Source: Lepidodermella squamata (lineage: Eukaryota > Animalia > Gastrotricha). From it: a DNA stretch of 64,000 nucleotides. A model generated the notes under the pieces. That model saw nothing but the letters and a program-made list of their open reading frames with translations, was not told where the DNA came from and searched no databases. Below, piece by piece: positions 1 to 14,960 of the stretch; position 1 is the first letter of the stretch, and every line of letters begins with the position of its first letter. The stretch is taken from assembly GCA_047495785.1 (NCBI GenBank), contig JBLDXI010000021.1:2418001-2482000 (forward strand). Direction: 5' to 3'. Made by a program: the position numbers and the translations under genes.

Positions 1-2
1 AT

Positions 3-1344
<1,342 letters not shown>

Positions 1345-2227
1345 AATGCAGAAGTGATATATTGATGGAACGTGAGTTGGGCAAACTGGAGGTCTAGATG
1401 GCGATCCTTGTTGTTTATATTGCTTCGATGAACTGATAAGTTTCGATTCTTTTACTAGTGCTAACATTCGGCTCCTGTCTTTCGTCTGACCGGAGTTAAA
1501 ACTATTTAGGTTCCGATAAATCCGCGTACTATGTGGTGATCCGTTTTGTGGTAAAAATGAAGCTGCGAGTGAAAAACGCGTGCTATCAAGAGGCGTGAGT
1601 CTGCACATTCAGAAATGTATATTTTTGGCATGACAATATCTAGCCTATTGGGGTGGTGTGTTGGGGTGTACCGTCGTTATTATTGTGTGAGACATGTCCG
1701 CTTGTTCATCCTATACCCGGGCGCAATATCGTTGAATGTTGTAAAATTATAATTCTTCTTCGACTGTGCCTTGCCTTAATCTTTCTCGTGTTTTATGTTG
1801 GAGTCGATATTTGCTCAGCCCAGGTATAGCCTCACAGCGCGGTGTGACCGTTGATCAGGCAGCAATTGTTGTGCTCTCCTCCCAACAAGCCGCTGTGGAT
1901 GCGTTTTATGTGATCGCCATAGGCCTCAGGTGCTCCAAGCGCGCACCTAGTGTATTCATTGTACATCATAATTTACTTTCATTCAAAGTGATGATTGTAA
2001 GTAACGTCTTCATTTAGGTTAAATTACCATACACGATGCATTCTAATACACAATTAATTTTTCTGTAAGTTGTGTGAAAAGGCGACTTGCAATAAGACTA
2101 TACGAAAAATAAAATATTGAATGGACTGGTGAAACCTGGCTTCATAGCAGTGCAGTTAACTTACACGGTGTAACAGAAAAAACAATTATGACAAGGCAGA
2201 CAACGCTTGTCATTGTGTCGACGAAAT

Positions 2228-3114
2228 TTAGGCCAGTTCCTCTTTCACGACTTGTAACAGGCAAGCGAGAAACTTTTTCCAAGCCAAGTTATCTGCCGGA
2301 GTGAAGCCTCCGTGTTCCTTCAAAACTTCGCTTATTGTCTGAAAAAGACATTAATATTTACACGTTGAGCAAAAGGCAATTCATTCTCGTACCTCATAAA
2401 GGGCATGAAGCATGTTCTTCGGAACATGAAGAGAAAGAATATGAAGTTTAGAAAATCGCATCAAAATTTGTTGTACCTTAATATGAGTACCCGATATTTT
2501 TCGATCGGTGTGGGACCTTGAGTGCAGCATGCCATAAACTGAATTGTGCAAAGCTGTGATGGATTCAAACAGACAGCAATTTATGAAAATCACGTGTTCA
2601 TGTGAAACAATGAATTCACCTTCTTGATTGTACATTTGGTTCATGAACTCATCGAATATCAGGAAAAAGCGGTCAACGTGAACACACAAAACGAATTTAT
2701 GATGCGCAATTTGATCTGTCGGTACGCCGCGTAGCTGAGGGAACAGCTCTTTGTAATCTGGGTTCTTTTCGAAGAATCTATATATAACCTGAATGAAACC
2801 TAACGTGGCGATGAAAGGAAAAACAAACTTGGTGAAGAATCTTGCTCCATTTGCCTGTCGATTGGCATTGAAAACATCGAAACCTTTTCTTATGCGAAGC
2901 CTTCGGGAAAATTGTATATCTTGAAGGTTTTTTCAAAACAGTCTTACCTATCGTCTTGACTGAGCGTGTTTAAACCTGCTGGGAGCTTGATTGAGAATAA
3001 AAAATGGGTTTAGGTCAAAGCATGGGTGTCATATTGTCACATTCATACCGTCCACCAATCAGCCTGCGCCGTTGAATTTTTTGGGCAACCATTTTTAGGG
3101 ACCTGATCCGACAT
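2228..3114 (-). CDS. Globin paralogue 1, 7 exons (MSDQVPKNG...WWT|LPAGLNTLSQDDR|LRIRKGF...VKEELA*)
   Basis: Spliced product has CD1 Phe (ELFP), E7 His (CVHVDRF), F8 His (SRSHTDRK) and the H-helix AWKKF. Introns fall at the ancestral globin positions B12.2 and G7.0. Confidence 0.9.
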
Positions 3115-3610
3115 AATTTTAACTTGAAAATCAGACAATATTTAAAAAGTTCGTGCCAATGTAAAGATACTATTTCTGCGAGCTAGTAAAAGCAATATTT
3201 CCGATTCGAAACCTCTTTCCTCATGATCAAGTGCATTGTGGGTGTGTAAAACTTGGCAAAGGTTCGATATCGCAAGAGACATTAATGCCACGCTAATGCG
3301 GAATCGCGGATCTGCGTCAAGTTCTCGAGCACCTGACTTGTTTCTGCGACTTAGCCGACTTGCTGTCGGCGGCTTTAATTGAAATGAAACCTATCAAGTC
3401 GCAGCTTCGAATTCTAACACATGGGTGCGCACGAAGACAATATTAAAAATTAAAAATTAAATTTAGCGCGAATTATTTATTACGATGGACGCAGTAGACG
3501 AACGATAATCGGTAGGTGAAACGGTATGCCGAATAAGTATACCCTAGTTATAAGTTTTGCCGTAAAAATGAACATAAAAACATAAGGATAAAAGTTTGTT
3601 TGGCCAAGTA

Positions 3611-4454
3611 TTATGCGTGCTGGGGGTGTTTGATCTTGTCTCCGTCTGATATTTCCTCGCGAATCACCTCGTATAACGCAGCTGTAAACTTCTTCCAAGA
3701 ATTTTCCATATCCGGCGTCCAAGCCTTCTCTTCTTTCAATATCTCTAGTATGGTTGAGAAAAGAGCATCGAGCATGTTCTAAGCGACAAAAGTAAATTGA
3801 TCGTGCAACTTCAGAAGGAATTTCTTCTCACCCTGCAATGTATCGGCTGAATGTTACGCTCGACATGAGACTTGGAATTGAGCATGCCATATACCGCATT
3901 GTGCAAACCTTCGATGATTAAAGAAGAATATCGAGAAGTATTTTAAATGCCTCAGAAAAATTGAAAGCTAATACCCTCAGCGTTATACAAATTGCTGACA
4001 AAATCCTCGAAAATTAAGAAGAATCGTTCGACATGCACACAAAGCAGAAATTGGTGGCTCTTGATCTGGTCGGGGTCGACACCGTGCAAAGCCGGAAACA
4101 ACTCTTGGTAACTAGGATTGTCTTTGAAGAATCTGCGAAAGATTAGCGACAATTGTCGTAGTATGCATAGTTCTGCAGGTTTTATTACCTGGAGAAGAAC
4201 CTTGCTCCGTTTATCAACTTTTTCTTGTTGAAAAGTTCAAAACAAATACGCACCCTTTGGCGATCTAATAATGTAATATTTCAGGAAAGATGGGACAATT
4301 TGAATTAAAAGGGTAAGATTACAATACCATCCTGATTTAGATTTGCTAGGCCATAAGATAGCGTCCACCAAGGTGTGTTTGGGTCAAATGCACCAGTACT
4401 GTCACTGCTTCGCTTATGAAGAACCGGTGAATGTGCACTATGATGGCGCGACAT
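3611..4454 (-). CDS. Globin paralogue 2, 5 exons (MSRHHSAHS...PWWTLSYG...KHPQHA*)
   Basis: Clear paralogue of 2228-3114 (NGARFF, ELFP, LCVHVERFFLIF, LHNAVYGML, KSH, SWKKF). Shares the B12.2, EF-region and G7.0 introns. Confidence 0.9.
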
Positions 4455-4873
4455 CGAAGATTGATATACTAGATTGTACTAAGGACCAAACTGAAAAATC
4501 GCGCTAAATCTTGTAATTTAATTTGTAATTCTGAATCAGAAGCTCCTCAAATGTCGTACCTGGGGATGAAAATTGATGAAACGGAAGTAGCCTCACTGAG
4601 TAGGAGTGTGCTACAGGAAACCTTGCTCTTATTTTTTCATTAACTTGAGATTAGGTAATCATGGCTAATAGACACAATGCTCATTTACTCATGTTAAATC
4701 GAAAACGCAAATGAAAAATACTGATTTCAACACGGTCAAATTTTATTTTGAGCGGTAGCAGAGACATGCGAATATCATAAAATGATCAAATGGAAGCCAT
4801 TTCGTCAAACGGAAAGCTTGAAAAAGATATAACAGAGAGTAAACAGGTGGAAAAAGCAAGAGCAAATAATGGC

Positions 4874-7758
4874 TCAAGCACTCGGCTTGACCTGAAGTTG
4901 AATGTCTGCAAAATTGTCGCCAGATACCAGCTTCAAATTGTGCTCATTCGCGAGATGCAGGAGGCAAACGAACGCCATTTGTGGAGATAACGTTGATGGA
5001 GGCGGCGCTGGGGCGGCAGGTTTTGCAGCCGCCATTGTGTTGCTAACTGCCAAAAGGCTTTCATTAGCGGTAGAAACGACGACACTCATGTGCGTCTCAG
5101 GTTTTGCGTGTCTTTCGACCGATCGCCAAAGTTCTGTTTTCGCAACTCTGACGTCGACTCGGCGCGGCAGAAGACTTGCTGCTAAAGTATTAGACGCATT
5201 GCGAACTTGATTCAGTAGCATCTGACCGATAGCTTTGCCGTCGACACCAATCTGTATATTATTCGGAGATTTAGTCAACTGAAAAAGCTAGTGGAGGATG
5301 AATTTACCTGTTTTTCGTTTTCGGTTCCTTCCTCGTGTTCATTGTCGTCGAAATTTCGTTGCATGATCATGGATTCGTGACGAGAGAGACCTGGGATTCT
5401 GTCGAGATCCGAGCCGAAGAGAGGAGGTTCGTCGAGCAGATTGCCGATGAAACCACCACCAACATCGTCATGCATGTTGTCGTTATCATCGTCGTCGAAA
5501 TCGCTTCTATTGCCGTCGAAACCTTGTTCGAAAGCGCCCGCATTCTCACCAACATGATCCCCTCGCGAATTTTCGTTCGATGACCTGATTGAACGAGCAC
5601 CCTAAATATTAAACATTGACTAGTCTTAAAATAAAAACACTGTCACTAGGACTTACACCCATGATGAAACAATCCCGTAACCTGATTGGAAACAATTAAA
5701 TTCATTTACAAAGCATTTCTTTCACAGCCAAATCGCTTACTTTTTGAGCAATTCATCAAATTCGTGGTTAACAACAGGTTCAGGGAGGTCATTTTCGCCC
5801 GATATCGCAGCTAGAGTCGGCTGCTTCTTCGTGCTCTTCGGCAGCGTCTTTTGCGTTAGCTTTTTTTCAGCTAGCTGGTGAGCCTCTTCACTGAATGCAA
5901 CTTTCTGTACTTTCACAACATTTCGGCGCGGTTTCGTAGCCGCGGCAGCAGCCTTATTCGATTCTGCAGTCGTTTCACTCGCCAGTTTCGGTCTCATCCT
6001 CAATGCCTTTCCCACGGTGCCATTGACGAGCTGTTCAAGAAGCCACGCAGGTGCAACGGCCTGTCCCTCGCCGCCCGCATTATCACCGGTCACGAGGGTC
6101 TTCATGAGAATTTCGTGGAGCTGGTCGATCGAAAACGTGGCCGACGTACCGAGTGGCAGGGCAGAGTTGCTTTGAGATGGCACATCTTCAATCGGAACTA
6201 GAAGCATGCAGTCTTGATTGGCATCAGACGCTTGCTCCGCGTTATCTGGCAGCATGCTTTGGTCCTCCAGCCCAGGCATTTCGAACGAGTCTTCTCCGTC
6301 GCTTTGCTGCTGAGAGCAAACGATTCGGACATTTTCGTCATCGCCAAAGTCTTGACTGTCCGGTAATAAATCTATGTTATATTAATGTTTAATATTAATT
6401 TCAACCAGTCATGTTTGAAAATTACGGGTTTTCGAATGTAGCGCTTCTTCACAAGAAACATCATCGGCCGACTGCGTCGTGTTGATACCTTCAAGCTCAT
6501 TGCCAAAGGTTTTGTTCAAATCGATTGCATGCAGTGGAGGACAGATGTCTTTCTTCAGATCCAGTTTCTGAAGTTCCTCTATAAAAATTGGCTTAAGAAA
6601 AAGGTATCGCATTTTGCCGAAACTTACCCAAGGACCACCTGGGCTTCTTGTTTGAATTGGGGACGGGCGGTTCAGTTTGGCCCATGTGGCGAATCCAAGT
6701 TCCGAATGTACGGTCAGCTGCTTCAGAAACCACGTAGTTCAACGTTGTATTATCGCTATTCAGCGCGCGTTCAGTGACTGGCAATGATGGCAACAGCAGT
6801 ACGCTAGCGAGACCCTCCGAAATGCCACCAGCAGACAAGGCCGATCGGCGCCCCCGCATCAGCGGATTCGCTTTCGATCGTTTATCGATTGGAGCTATCA
6901 GTTTGGTGTTATCTTCCTCAATCACTGCCTTTTTCGAATGAGATTTCTTTTTCTTTTCATCCTGCTTCATTTCAGCTAGTACACTGTCATTGCCACCGTA
7001 ATTGCCTTCTTGATCTTTGTTTTCAGCCTTGGCGTCTTCATCGTCTTCAGCCTCGTCGTCTTTTTTTGACCCGCCACACAGCCAAGTGCAAATTCTTTTC
7101 AGCTCAATGTCATTAGCATCAACTCGGGAGCCGAAAATCCGCGTTCCAACATCGACCAAACTCGCGCACAGCTGAAATCAATATCAAGTTCATTCTCTAC
7201 ATAGCATTTGATTAAAACACCTACCGCGAAATTTTGTCGATTTTTCCCCGTTAATATTGTTTCCAAGTTCTCGATAAGCTTGAGATCAAACGCGTTCTTT
7301 TTATTGATTTTCTGCGGAAGAAAATAAGGTGTATGCGACGGAATTAACTACACTTGACAAGCGGTCAGTACATTTTCAATTGCCAAGCGAAGGCACTGAC
7401 GATAATGCTCCGTGGCGTCGTCGGGCGAGAGGAGATCGAAAGTTGACTTAGCGGTCGGTGCACTATCAATAAATTTCAAACGGAAGTCAGGTCGAGATAT
7501 GAAAGAAAATTAATGAAAAACTCACGCTGGTGCATTGATGTCTGCGACTTTTTCTGGACGCAAAGCTTTAGGTGAAACGATAGAGATGCGGCGTTTTTTA
7601 TCCTCGTACCGCTGCCGGGTAGCTTCTAGAACAGCGTCCTGATTCGTTCCCGACGACATGACCACAGCAGCAGACGAAAGGCGGCGCCTAACCGCGCTCA
7701 TAGAAAGTCGCTGTGCCGTAGCGACAGGCGACATAGGCGGGGTTCTATTTTCGGCCAT
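4874..7758 (-). CDS. NCAPH: Condensin I kleisin subunit CAP-H / barren, multi-exon
   Basis: N-terminal HYRQCLRLAIEN|KINKKNAFDLKLI...NFA|LCASLVDVGTRIFGSRVD and C-terminal winged-helix AFVCLLHLANEHNLKL match barren-family motifs. Confidence 0.9.
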
Positions 7759-8297
7759 GATCAGCAAATCTTAAAGAGCGACTATTAAAATCGGAAAATT
7801 ATCAAAATGCTTTATTTCCAACAGCACAGTAGCGTAGTGAGCAGTGAAAGTATCATCTCTTCCCAAGCGATCTCCAGGTAACAGAAACAAAAGAATTGAG
7901 CACATAATAGGACATGGACACCGAGATAGTGGCAGCAATTGATGATACACGGCACAGATATTGAGCAATAGCTGCGAGGGCGGCTCGGAAGCCGATTAGA
8001 GACACAACCATAATCACCTCATGCATAATACTATATAGTTAAATATTAGAATTAATTAAAGATTTAAAAGGAAACTGCTTTTCGTCATCGTTAATCGTCC
8101 GTTCTCCCGTTTGTGAGTCAGCAGTCGCATCTAATAGCAAAATTGAAACACAAAAAATTCGTCAGCTGCATTAGTCGAGGTCATTTCGAGAAAGAGAAAG
8201 AAAACAATAAATATCACCATAATGAAAGAAAATCTAGGAAGGTCTATAAGCGAGTTCTTTCCATCACCGGTCGCTTTTCTCGGTACACAAATCGACG

Positions 8298-9372
8298 TCA
8301 CGAGACTGTTTGGCAATGTAACGCCTGGTGGCGACGTAAATTCGACTTTTGATTGAATGACCGGTTGCACCTGTCGCACGCAAAAGACGGTGGTTCAGCG
8401 GGCATAGAGGCCGCGTCTTCAACGAGAGAATTGCCAACAGCCGCGGCCAAATTGGCCTGGCTCACGCCATGGACGCAGGTCAAATGGCGGCGAAGGTCGT
8501 GCCGAGCCGGGAAAACCCGACTGCACACCGAACACGCGAATTTTTGACGGTGGCGTCGCAAATGCGCCACGTAGCTTTTTCGGAGTGTGTACGACCGTCC
8601 ACATTGCTGACAAACAATGCGCGGAGGTTCAGGCGGAGCGACAGGCGCTTGGAAAATTCCAAATTGGTGCATCAAAGCCGCGTGATTCGGCGCTAAATTG
8701 AGCGGGACAAGCTGCACGCTACCGTTAGACAGTTGAACCATTTGGATAGGCATAAATTGAGGAGACAGCATCGGGTTCGGCTGCATGAAAGGAATTTCTT
8801 CCGGTCGGCCATGCTGCAATCGATGCATAACTATTTGGTGATGCATTTGAGGATTTGGTACAGCATAAGTGACCTGCTGAAAGTTCGCGCTGCTTTCAGA
8901 CATCATTTGCATTTCTAGCAAAACTATCATGACTAAATAATAGAAAAGTATTGTGAGCTACCTGGTGGAAATGCGCTCATCATTGGGCTGGGTTCAGCCA
9001 GTACTGCACCCTCGAATTCCAGCAACGACTCCGGCACAGATGACGTTCCCTCGGACCCTGGTGAACTGGAATCTGTCACTAAATTACCGAGCGAGTCATT
9101 GAAAACACTGCTGGGAGTCACCACAGCACTATCAAGCGACAAGTCATCGGGTTGAAGAAGATGCGGCGAACCAAGATCGTCATCCAAAGCCGAATAATTC
9201 ATCGTGAAGTCGTCAAGCCAGGGCGATCCGCTGCAATGTCCGGCATATTCGCTGTATTGATTCCGAACATTGTCGCCAATATCATTCAAAAACTGGAAGA
9301 GCACTGATTTAGACACAAAATTGATTCCCGCAAATATTTCAAGCTCACGTGTTCGGAAGAACTAGTAGACAT
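8298..9372 (-). CDS. C2H2 zinc-finger protein with 3 fingers and a Ser/Pro/Gln-rich N-terminus; 3 exons
   Basis: Fingers CQQC..HLRRH, CSVC..HLTCVH and CDRC..HQALH. GT-AG introns join the 9372-9349 exon, the 8933-9316 ORF and the 8298-8930 ORF in frame. The start codon is inferred. Confidence 0.85.
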
Positions 9373-9693
9373 TTCCCCAATATCGCGACTTCGCGACCAA
9401 GTCACAAATGCAACCTGCCTTTTCGGTTCTTTTAACGAATGTACTCCTATACGATACACTTATCAGTCAATAAATTGTCTTTCATTTCCCTCAATTTGTA
9501 AATTCAGTCTGAGCAGAAAAAACGAGGACACAAAAAAACAAATTACGAACGTCAGAAAAATAATTTACATCCCTCATTTAGTCAAATACTTCAATATTTA
9601 GTCAAAAAATCAGTTGGCACAATATAAAATCTACGACTACGTTAGAAGTTGTGTATAAATCAAACGTCGTATCACAAAAATTGAGATTCAGTG

Positions 9694-11288
9694 CTACAAA
9701 ATCAAAGTGTGAGCTATAAAACTTGAAACTAGCAAAAAATCGCATGACATCGGAAATACGCACAAATGTTGCCTAGAACTAGACGATGTGCGTTGTAAAG
9801 ATAACACATCTTCACGTAGTTGTTTCAATGTCAGCGTTTCGTTGGAGGGCGTCTCGGAAGAAGTTGGAACGTTTGTTTGGGTAGTGCTAGGAGCGACAGC
9901 TAAGCTCAAGTCTAGCGTTTGTGGCATGCTCTCTTCTGTGGTCGTTCCCGTTGGGGCAAGAGCTGGCGTTTCGTTAATAACGATGGTCGACTTGACGGCG
10001 GACAACGCCTCTTCGTTCGTCTCTTCTTTCATATCCATCGACGGGTGAACAAAAGAGAGTGATTTCAAGCCCCTGGTGTTGGAATTTACTGCGAGCACTC
10101 GGCGCATATCGATAGCACTTTCTGATAAGAGTGCGCACTTGCTGTCAGATATTAGTAGCTGGAAATTGATAAATTTTAACATTGCTGTAACAATATCATC
10201 CTGAACGGCTTGATCGCAGTATCGATACACTTGCACCGTGAAGCAATCAACCTAAAATTACGCTCAATTGACCATACTGAAATCAAGTCACTGCAAGGGC
10301 TAACCTTTCGATTCAGGTAAAAGCAAGTAGCTTCGGATACGGATGGCATTGCAGAGAAATTCACCTGTCCCGTTAACTCGTCGGCTTTGAGAAGGTCGAG
10401 AAATTGGAAATCTATCCACTGCAACGTAACCGTAGCCAAAACAGGGCTTTTCCATGGATCTTGGACGATTCCATTCACGTCTGTCAAATCAGTATCCGGG
10501 TTCAACTGGGAACCGCCGCATTCCTCCTTAAAGACGATCGGGGTCAATTCTGGACATTTGTCCGACGTTTTAAGGCCGTATCTAAAATTAGGAGTCGTTT
10601 GCTGTGATTTTGCAGAATTTCCGAGAAGAGAGCAAGCCGCCGGTAAATACCGCAACGATCTCACCCAATTGGGCAGTATTCTAAGCTGGCTGGCCTGAGC
10701 TCCGGCAAATATTGTCTTCCAAACAGGCGATTCGTTCGTTGCATCATCGTCAAGGCAAGATCTTTTCGACAGACAGTTCACAATGGGCAGCGTAGCCGTG
10801 CAAACACCACTCAGTTTTTCCTCCAAAGATGCCCGATTAGCGGCTGAAGAGCTCGCCGCGGCAAGGGCAGCCGGTGAAATGAAAGTCGTTCCGCCTATCG
10901 CAGCAATCAAATCGGAGATATCGAAAGGATTGCCCAAATTGAAGCATGTCATAAATGCGTTCTTTGTGCAATTAGCCGCGGGAATTTTGGCGCTTTCCCC
11001 GCCAGTCCGAAAATTAGGGGGTTTCTTGTTGCCATTTTTGGCTTCCGATAGCTTGAGTCCAGTTCGAAAAACTCGTTTAGTGATTGTTGCTTCTTTCCCA
11101 TGGCTGGAATTATGGTGTGTGTGGTGATGAATACGATGACGATGATGAACGGCCGATAGTGGATGCTGGGTTCTATTGCCTAGTTTCGCTACTGCTGGAA
11201 GAATTGAGCAAAAAACAGAGAGCGAAATAGCTGTCACGAAAAGGCCTTTCAAAGAGGCCATCACGTCGAAAACGCCAATAATAACCAT
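9694..11288 (-). CDS. Unknown secreted or surface Cys-rich protein, 2 exons (intron about 10252-10304)
   Basis: Hydrophobic N-terminal signal, a His-rich segment ending in KR, two Cys-spaced blocks, a Thr/Ser-rich stalk and a hydrophobic C-terminus. AAG|gttag...ttttag|GTT joins the two long ORFs in frame. Confidence 0.75.
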
Positions 11289-14200
11289 ACAATATCCATC
11301 CTATGAACTACGAAAAAATCGGTTATGGCTAAAAAATATTAATATTGATCTTCGAGGGTTGTTTTGGTGTTATTACTCGCTAATTTGCACAAGAGCCAAA
11401 ATAACATGACTGTTTGCCGTAGAAGGTACACGGACTGCTTTTTAGACATTATTGGCGCAGAAAAGACGGTACATGGTAAATATTAAAGAAAATAATAATA
11501 AAAAGACGCTCGATGTCGAGCTGAATATAAGGTAGGTAGATAACAACAATGAACGAGTCGATAGAGCAGTAAGATCGTCTGAAGAGAAGCACTGCGAGAA
11601 ACGAACAATCGACCGATAATTTTGCGCTTCAAGTATCAGGTGAGGACGTAAACATTTGAGAAACATTAACAAGTAATGATGGAAATCCATAAAGACTGGT
11701 AAAAAGCAAATATGGGCCGGTAAACAATACCACGCATCGTATCGCTCAGTTGAGGGACACAATTCGAGTTTTGTTGTCAAGCTAAATAAATTGCACTGAG
11801 GTTGCGGCCTGATTACACTAATACGAGTTGAATACTGTTTTTAGCAAAGCGTCCGCACTAGTGTGGTAAAGGCATGCCAAGGCGAAGAAGATGCCAGTTC
11901 ACGACTGCCCAGTGGGCGGGTGTCACATAACGATAACAAGACTTATTGCTGATTGATTTTCCGATGTGTGCATTAGCCTAGTCGGTCTTGATGTAATTCT
12001 CAAATGAAACTACGGCTCATTTTGTGGCGCGTGCGTACTCCAAAATGCACGCGATCGCGCTTCAGAGCACACGCTTAGGCAAAATCATTTATCGAGAGAT
12101 AACACATCATGATGGGCTATATTGGCGTGAAAGTGCTGTCAAAATCATCACCAAATAACGAACTTATCTCAATCGCGACCATTCAGTTTCTTTGCGCTCG
12201 CAGAACACAAAGCAAAGTAAATATCATTTCCTAACCGAGTATCTCGCATATCGAATTGATTTAAAAGACAGAGAAAATGGCTAGTCAGCGACGTCCGAGC
12301 ACACTATAGTTTCAACTTCGCCATGGCGTTCTTTTCCGTTCAATTAGGTAAACAGGAGTGACAAAATAATACGAGATTTTCAAGTAAAATTCTCAAAAAA
12401 TATTGCAATTTCACGCGGATAAACAAAAGCCGCGCGCGTAAAGTTATCATCATCCTCCTCAATAAACAAAATGATTGCACAGAAGGCGTTCCCCATTGCC
12501 GTCGATTTTCACGAACTAGAAGGGAAACGCAGATTTGTGAGAGCAGCCATCATCTTCAACCTGTTGCGGGGAATTGATTATTCGAGTAATAAGCGTAAAT
12601 CAGCAAAATAATATTGTGGATATATTGATCATGGATATATGTATTTAGAGATAATTGATGAAATTAATCTAGCTAAGGAGGGCCTTACAGCAAGGGTGAT
12701 TGAATCGCAATATTGGAAATATTCTACGTAAAATTACGAAGATTTCTCTTCATTTCCAACGCGGCAGCTGAGCTGTAAGCATGGCAAATATTCATTTGTG
12801 CAACATTAAAAATTCAAGCGATTTTTAGTCATCCACTGCTCTCGATAACATTCACTTGAATACATAATGTGGCAGGAGAGACTAAGTAGAAGCCCAATAC
12901 ACGTGAAGTCATGTTTTAATTATTAACAATCAGCAACCATAAACAAGGCACGTAGGTGACAGTGTGCCGATTGGAATAACAGAAGAATTTATTTCAGCCC
13001 GAAAAACATCCCCCTAAGTTCTCTATGTTTTTGTATTAAATCGCGCCAGGTTTTAATTCGACCTAAATTGCTTCCGAACCTCGCAGCAGTGCATAAAGCG
13101 TGCCTATGCGAAGACTTGTTTTCCATCATGAAATCGATTACGCGCAAAATTGTAAACAGCCTGCATTGCGGTTTAATTTCAAAACGAAAAGCTTAAAAAA
13201 ACGTTTAGATGGTGACCTAAAAGAGATGTTAAACGAGTGATAATTTGATGACAATAGAATATAGTCAGTTTAGGACTGAGTGTATTCCCTAGTTAAAGCA
13301 TTTTGTGTTATACAATGTCTTGCAATTACTTGCAATTAGGCGAAGGCTGAATCTATGACCCAATACATAAAATAAAGCAAAGATAAGACCCTTTTTGGAG
13401 AAGATAGATGATATTGTTAGATGATAAAAGTAGCACAATTTCGGACTAGTATAAATCGCGGCACAGTGCCAAACTAGTTTGCGTTATAACCTTGCAGGGG
13501 CACTTGATATATACAGGCGGCTTCATCAGAATGATCTCACAGGGCGAACCGAATGGGCTAAAGCTACAAAATGTCTTGCCTTCGCTTTTGAAGCTCTTTT
13601 GGTTTGCCTTCCTCAACCCCAAAGGGTACTGACGATCAGTCGCGTGGAAAATACTTGAATAAAAATTTCAATTTCAATTACGAAGAGTTAAACACTTTCT
13701 TCGAACTATCCCTTTACAACGACTGAAGTTTGATGCGTCTTAATAGTCTTGTATCTCAGACGAATTCAGGAATTCAGCAGTGGCGGGTAACGGAATCGAA
13801 TTGGAAGCGAATCGATGTGAAACACCTTCGATGAGGGGGTACCTTTTACAACAATTACAACAATAGATGTATGCGCAAATACGTATTATGAATTACAACT
13901 ATTTCCTTCACCAAAAACCAGAGCTCCAAAAACCCGGTAATATAGTAATTAAATTACGAGACAGATTCAGAGGATAAGCTATTAGGGTAACAAGATTGAC
14001 AATTTGTCTCGCTAATCTCACGTGCTTCGAATGTTTGAGGTGTCTGAGGCTATTTATATCTTAATATTTGTAGTAAAATGCTATTTGTTCAACTCCCTGT
14101 AATCTGAGAAGGTGACAAAATGAAAGCTATGTCATGTTTTCGGTAATGGAAGGCAAGAGACAGTTTTCAAAAGCGTCTGACCGCTTATGAGACAGAAATC

Positions 14201-14960
14201 TAGTTTTTGGAGCACTGTTCCTACTTACCACCCGTGACTAAAACAGGCAACAACATGCACATGAAGCTACAATAAGACTCTTGTTTATAGCACTTCGTTT
14301 GCGCATCCAGCGAAATCTAATGGCTACAATGCTAATATGCATGTAGACCTAAATCATCGGCGGTAGTTTACAGCAAACATAGGTATGTCACATTGAAATG
14401 TGTACAGTGTACAGTTTTTAACAAAAATCGTCATTAAATGTGTTTAATTTAGCGGTCCCGTGAACCGTGAACCACCAGGATAACCAATAGGAGGAATCCG
14501 AATTTGAAGTCATTTCCCGAATTCGGGAAAGTGATTGGTATAAACTCAAAGTTTGTGAGATCGTTAGTTCCTTAAGAATATCAGATTTCAGATACTGATT
14601 CATCTATTCAGATTCCAAAAAGTACCTGGTGGACATTCTGTTGATTCACGGGACAGTCGAATTATACACATCTAACATTAGCAGTCCGCAGTCCCAAGAC
14701 CCGAACATTCGCCGAGGAGAGAGTTTGACACATTTCAGAACTTCAATTCTCAGCCAGCTACAGCATAACGTAAAACTACCCACAGGGCGCATGCATTTCG
14801 ATTTTTGAATCGCCCGCTTTATTTTGAGAAAATTTGATAATTAATTTTTTATTTATTAATCATACTGAATAGAATTATTGAGTAATCTGCATAGAAAATC
14901 ATTTGGAGGCGTTTTCAAAAAAAGAAAAAAGAGACTTTTGCAACTTCGCCGGGGGATAAG

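Noticed and set aside
11442-14400. Possible genes or RNA genes in the long intergenic region
   Set aside because: No tRNA, snRNA or coherent exon pattern could be supported by eye.
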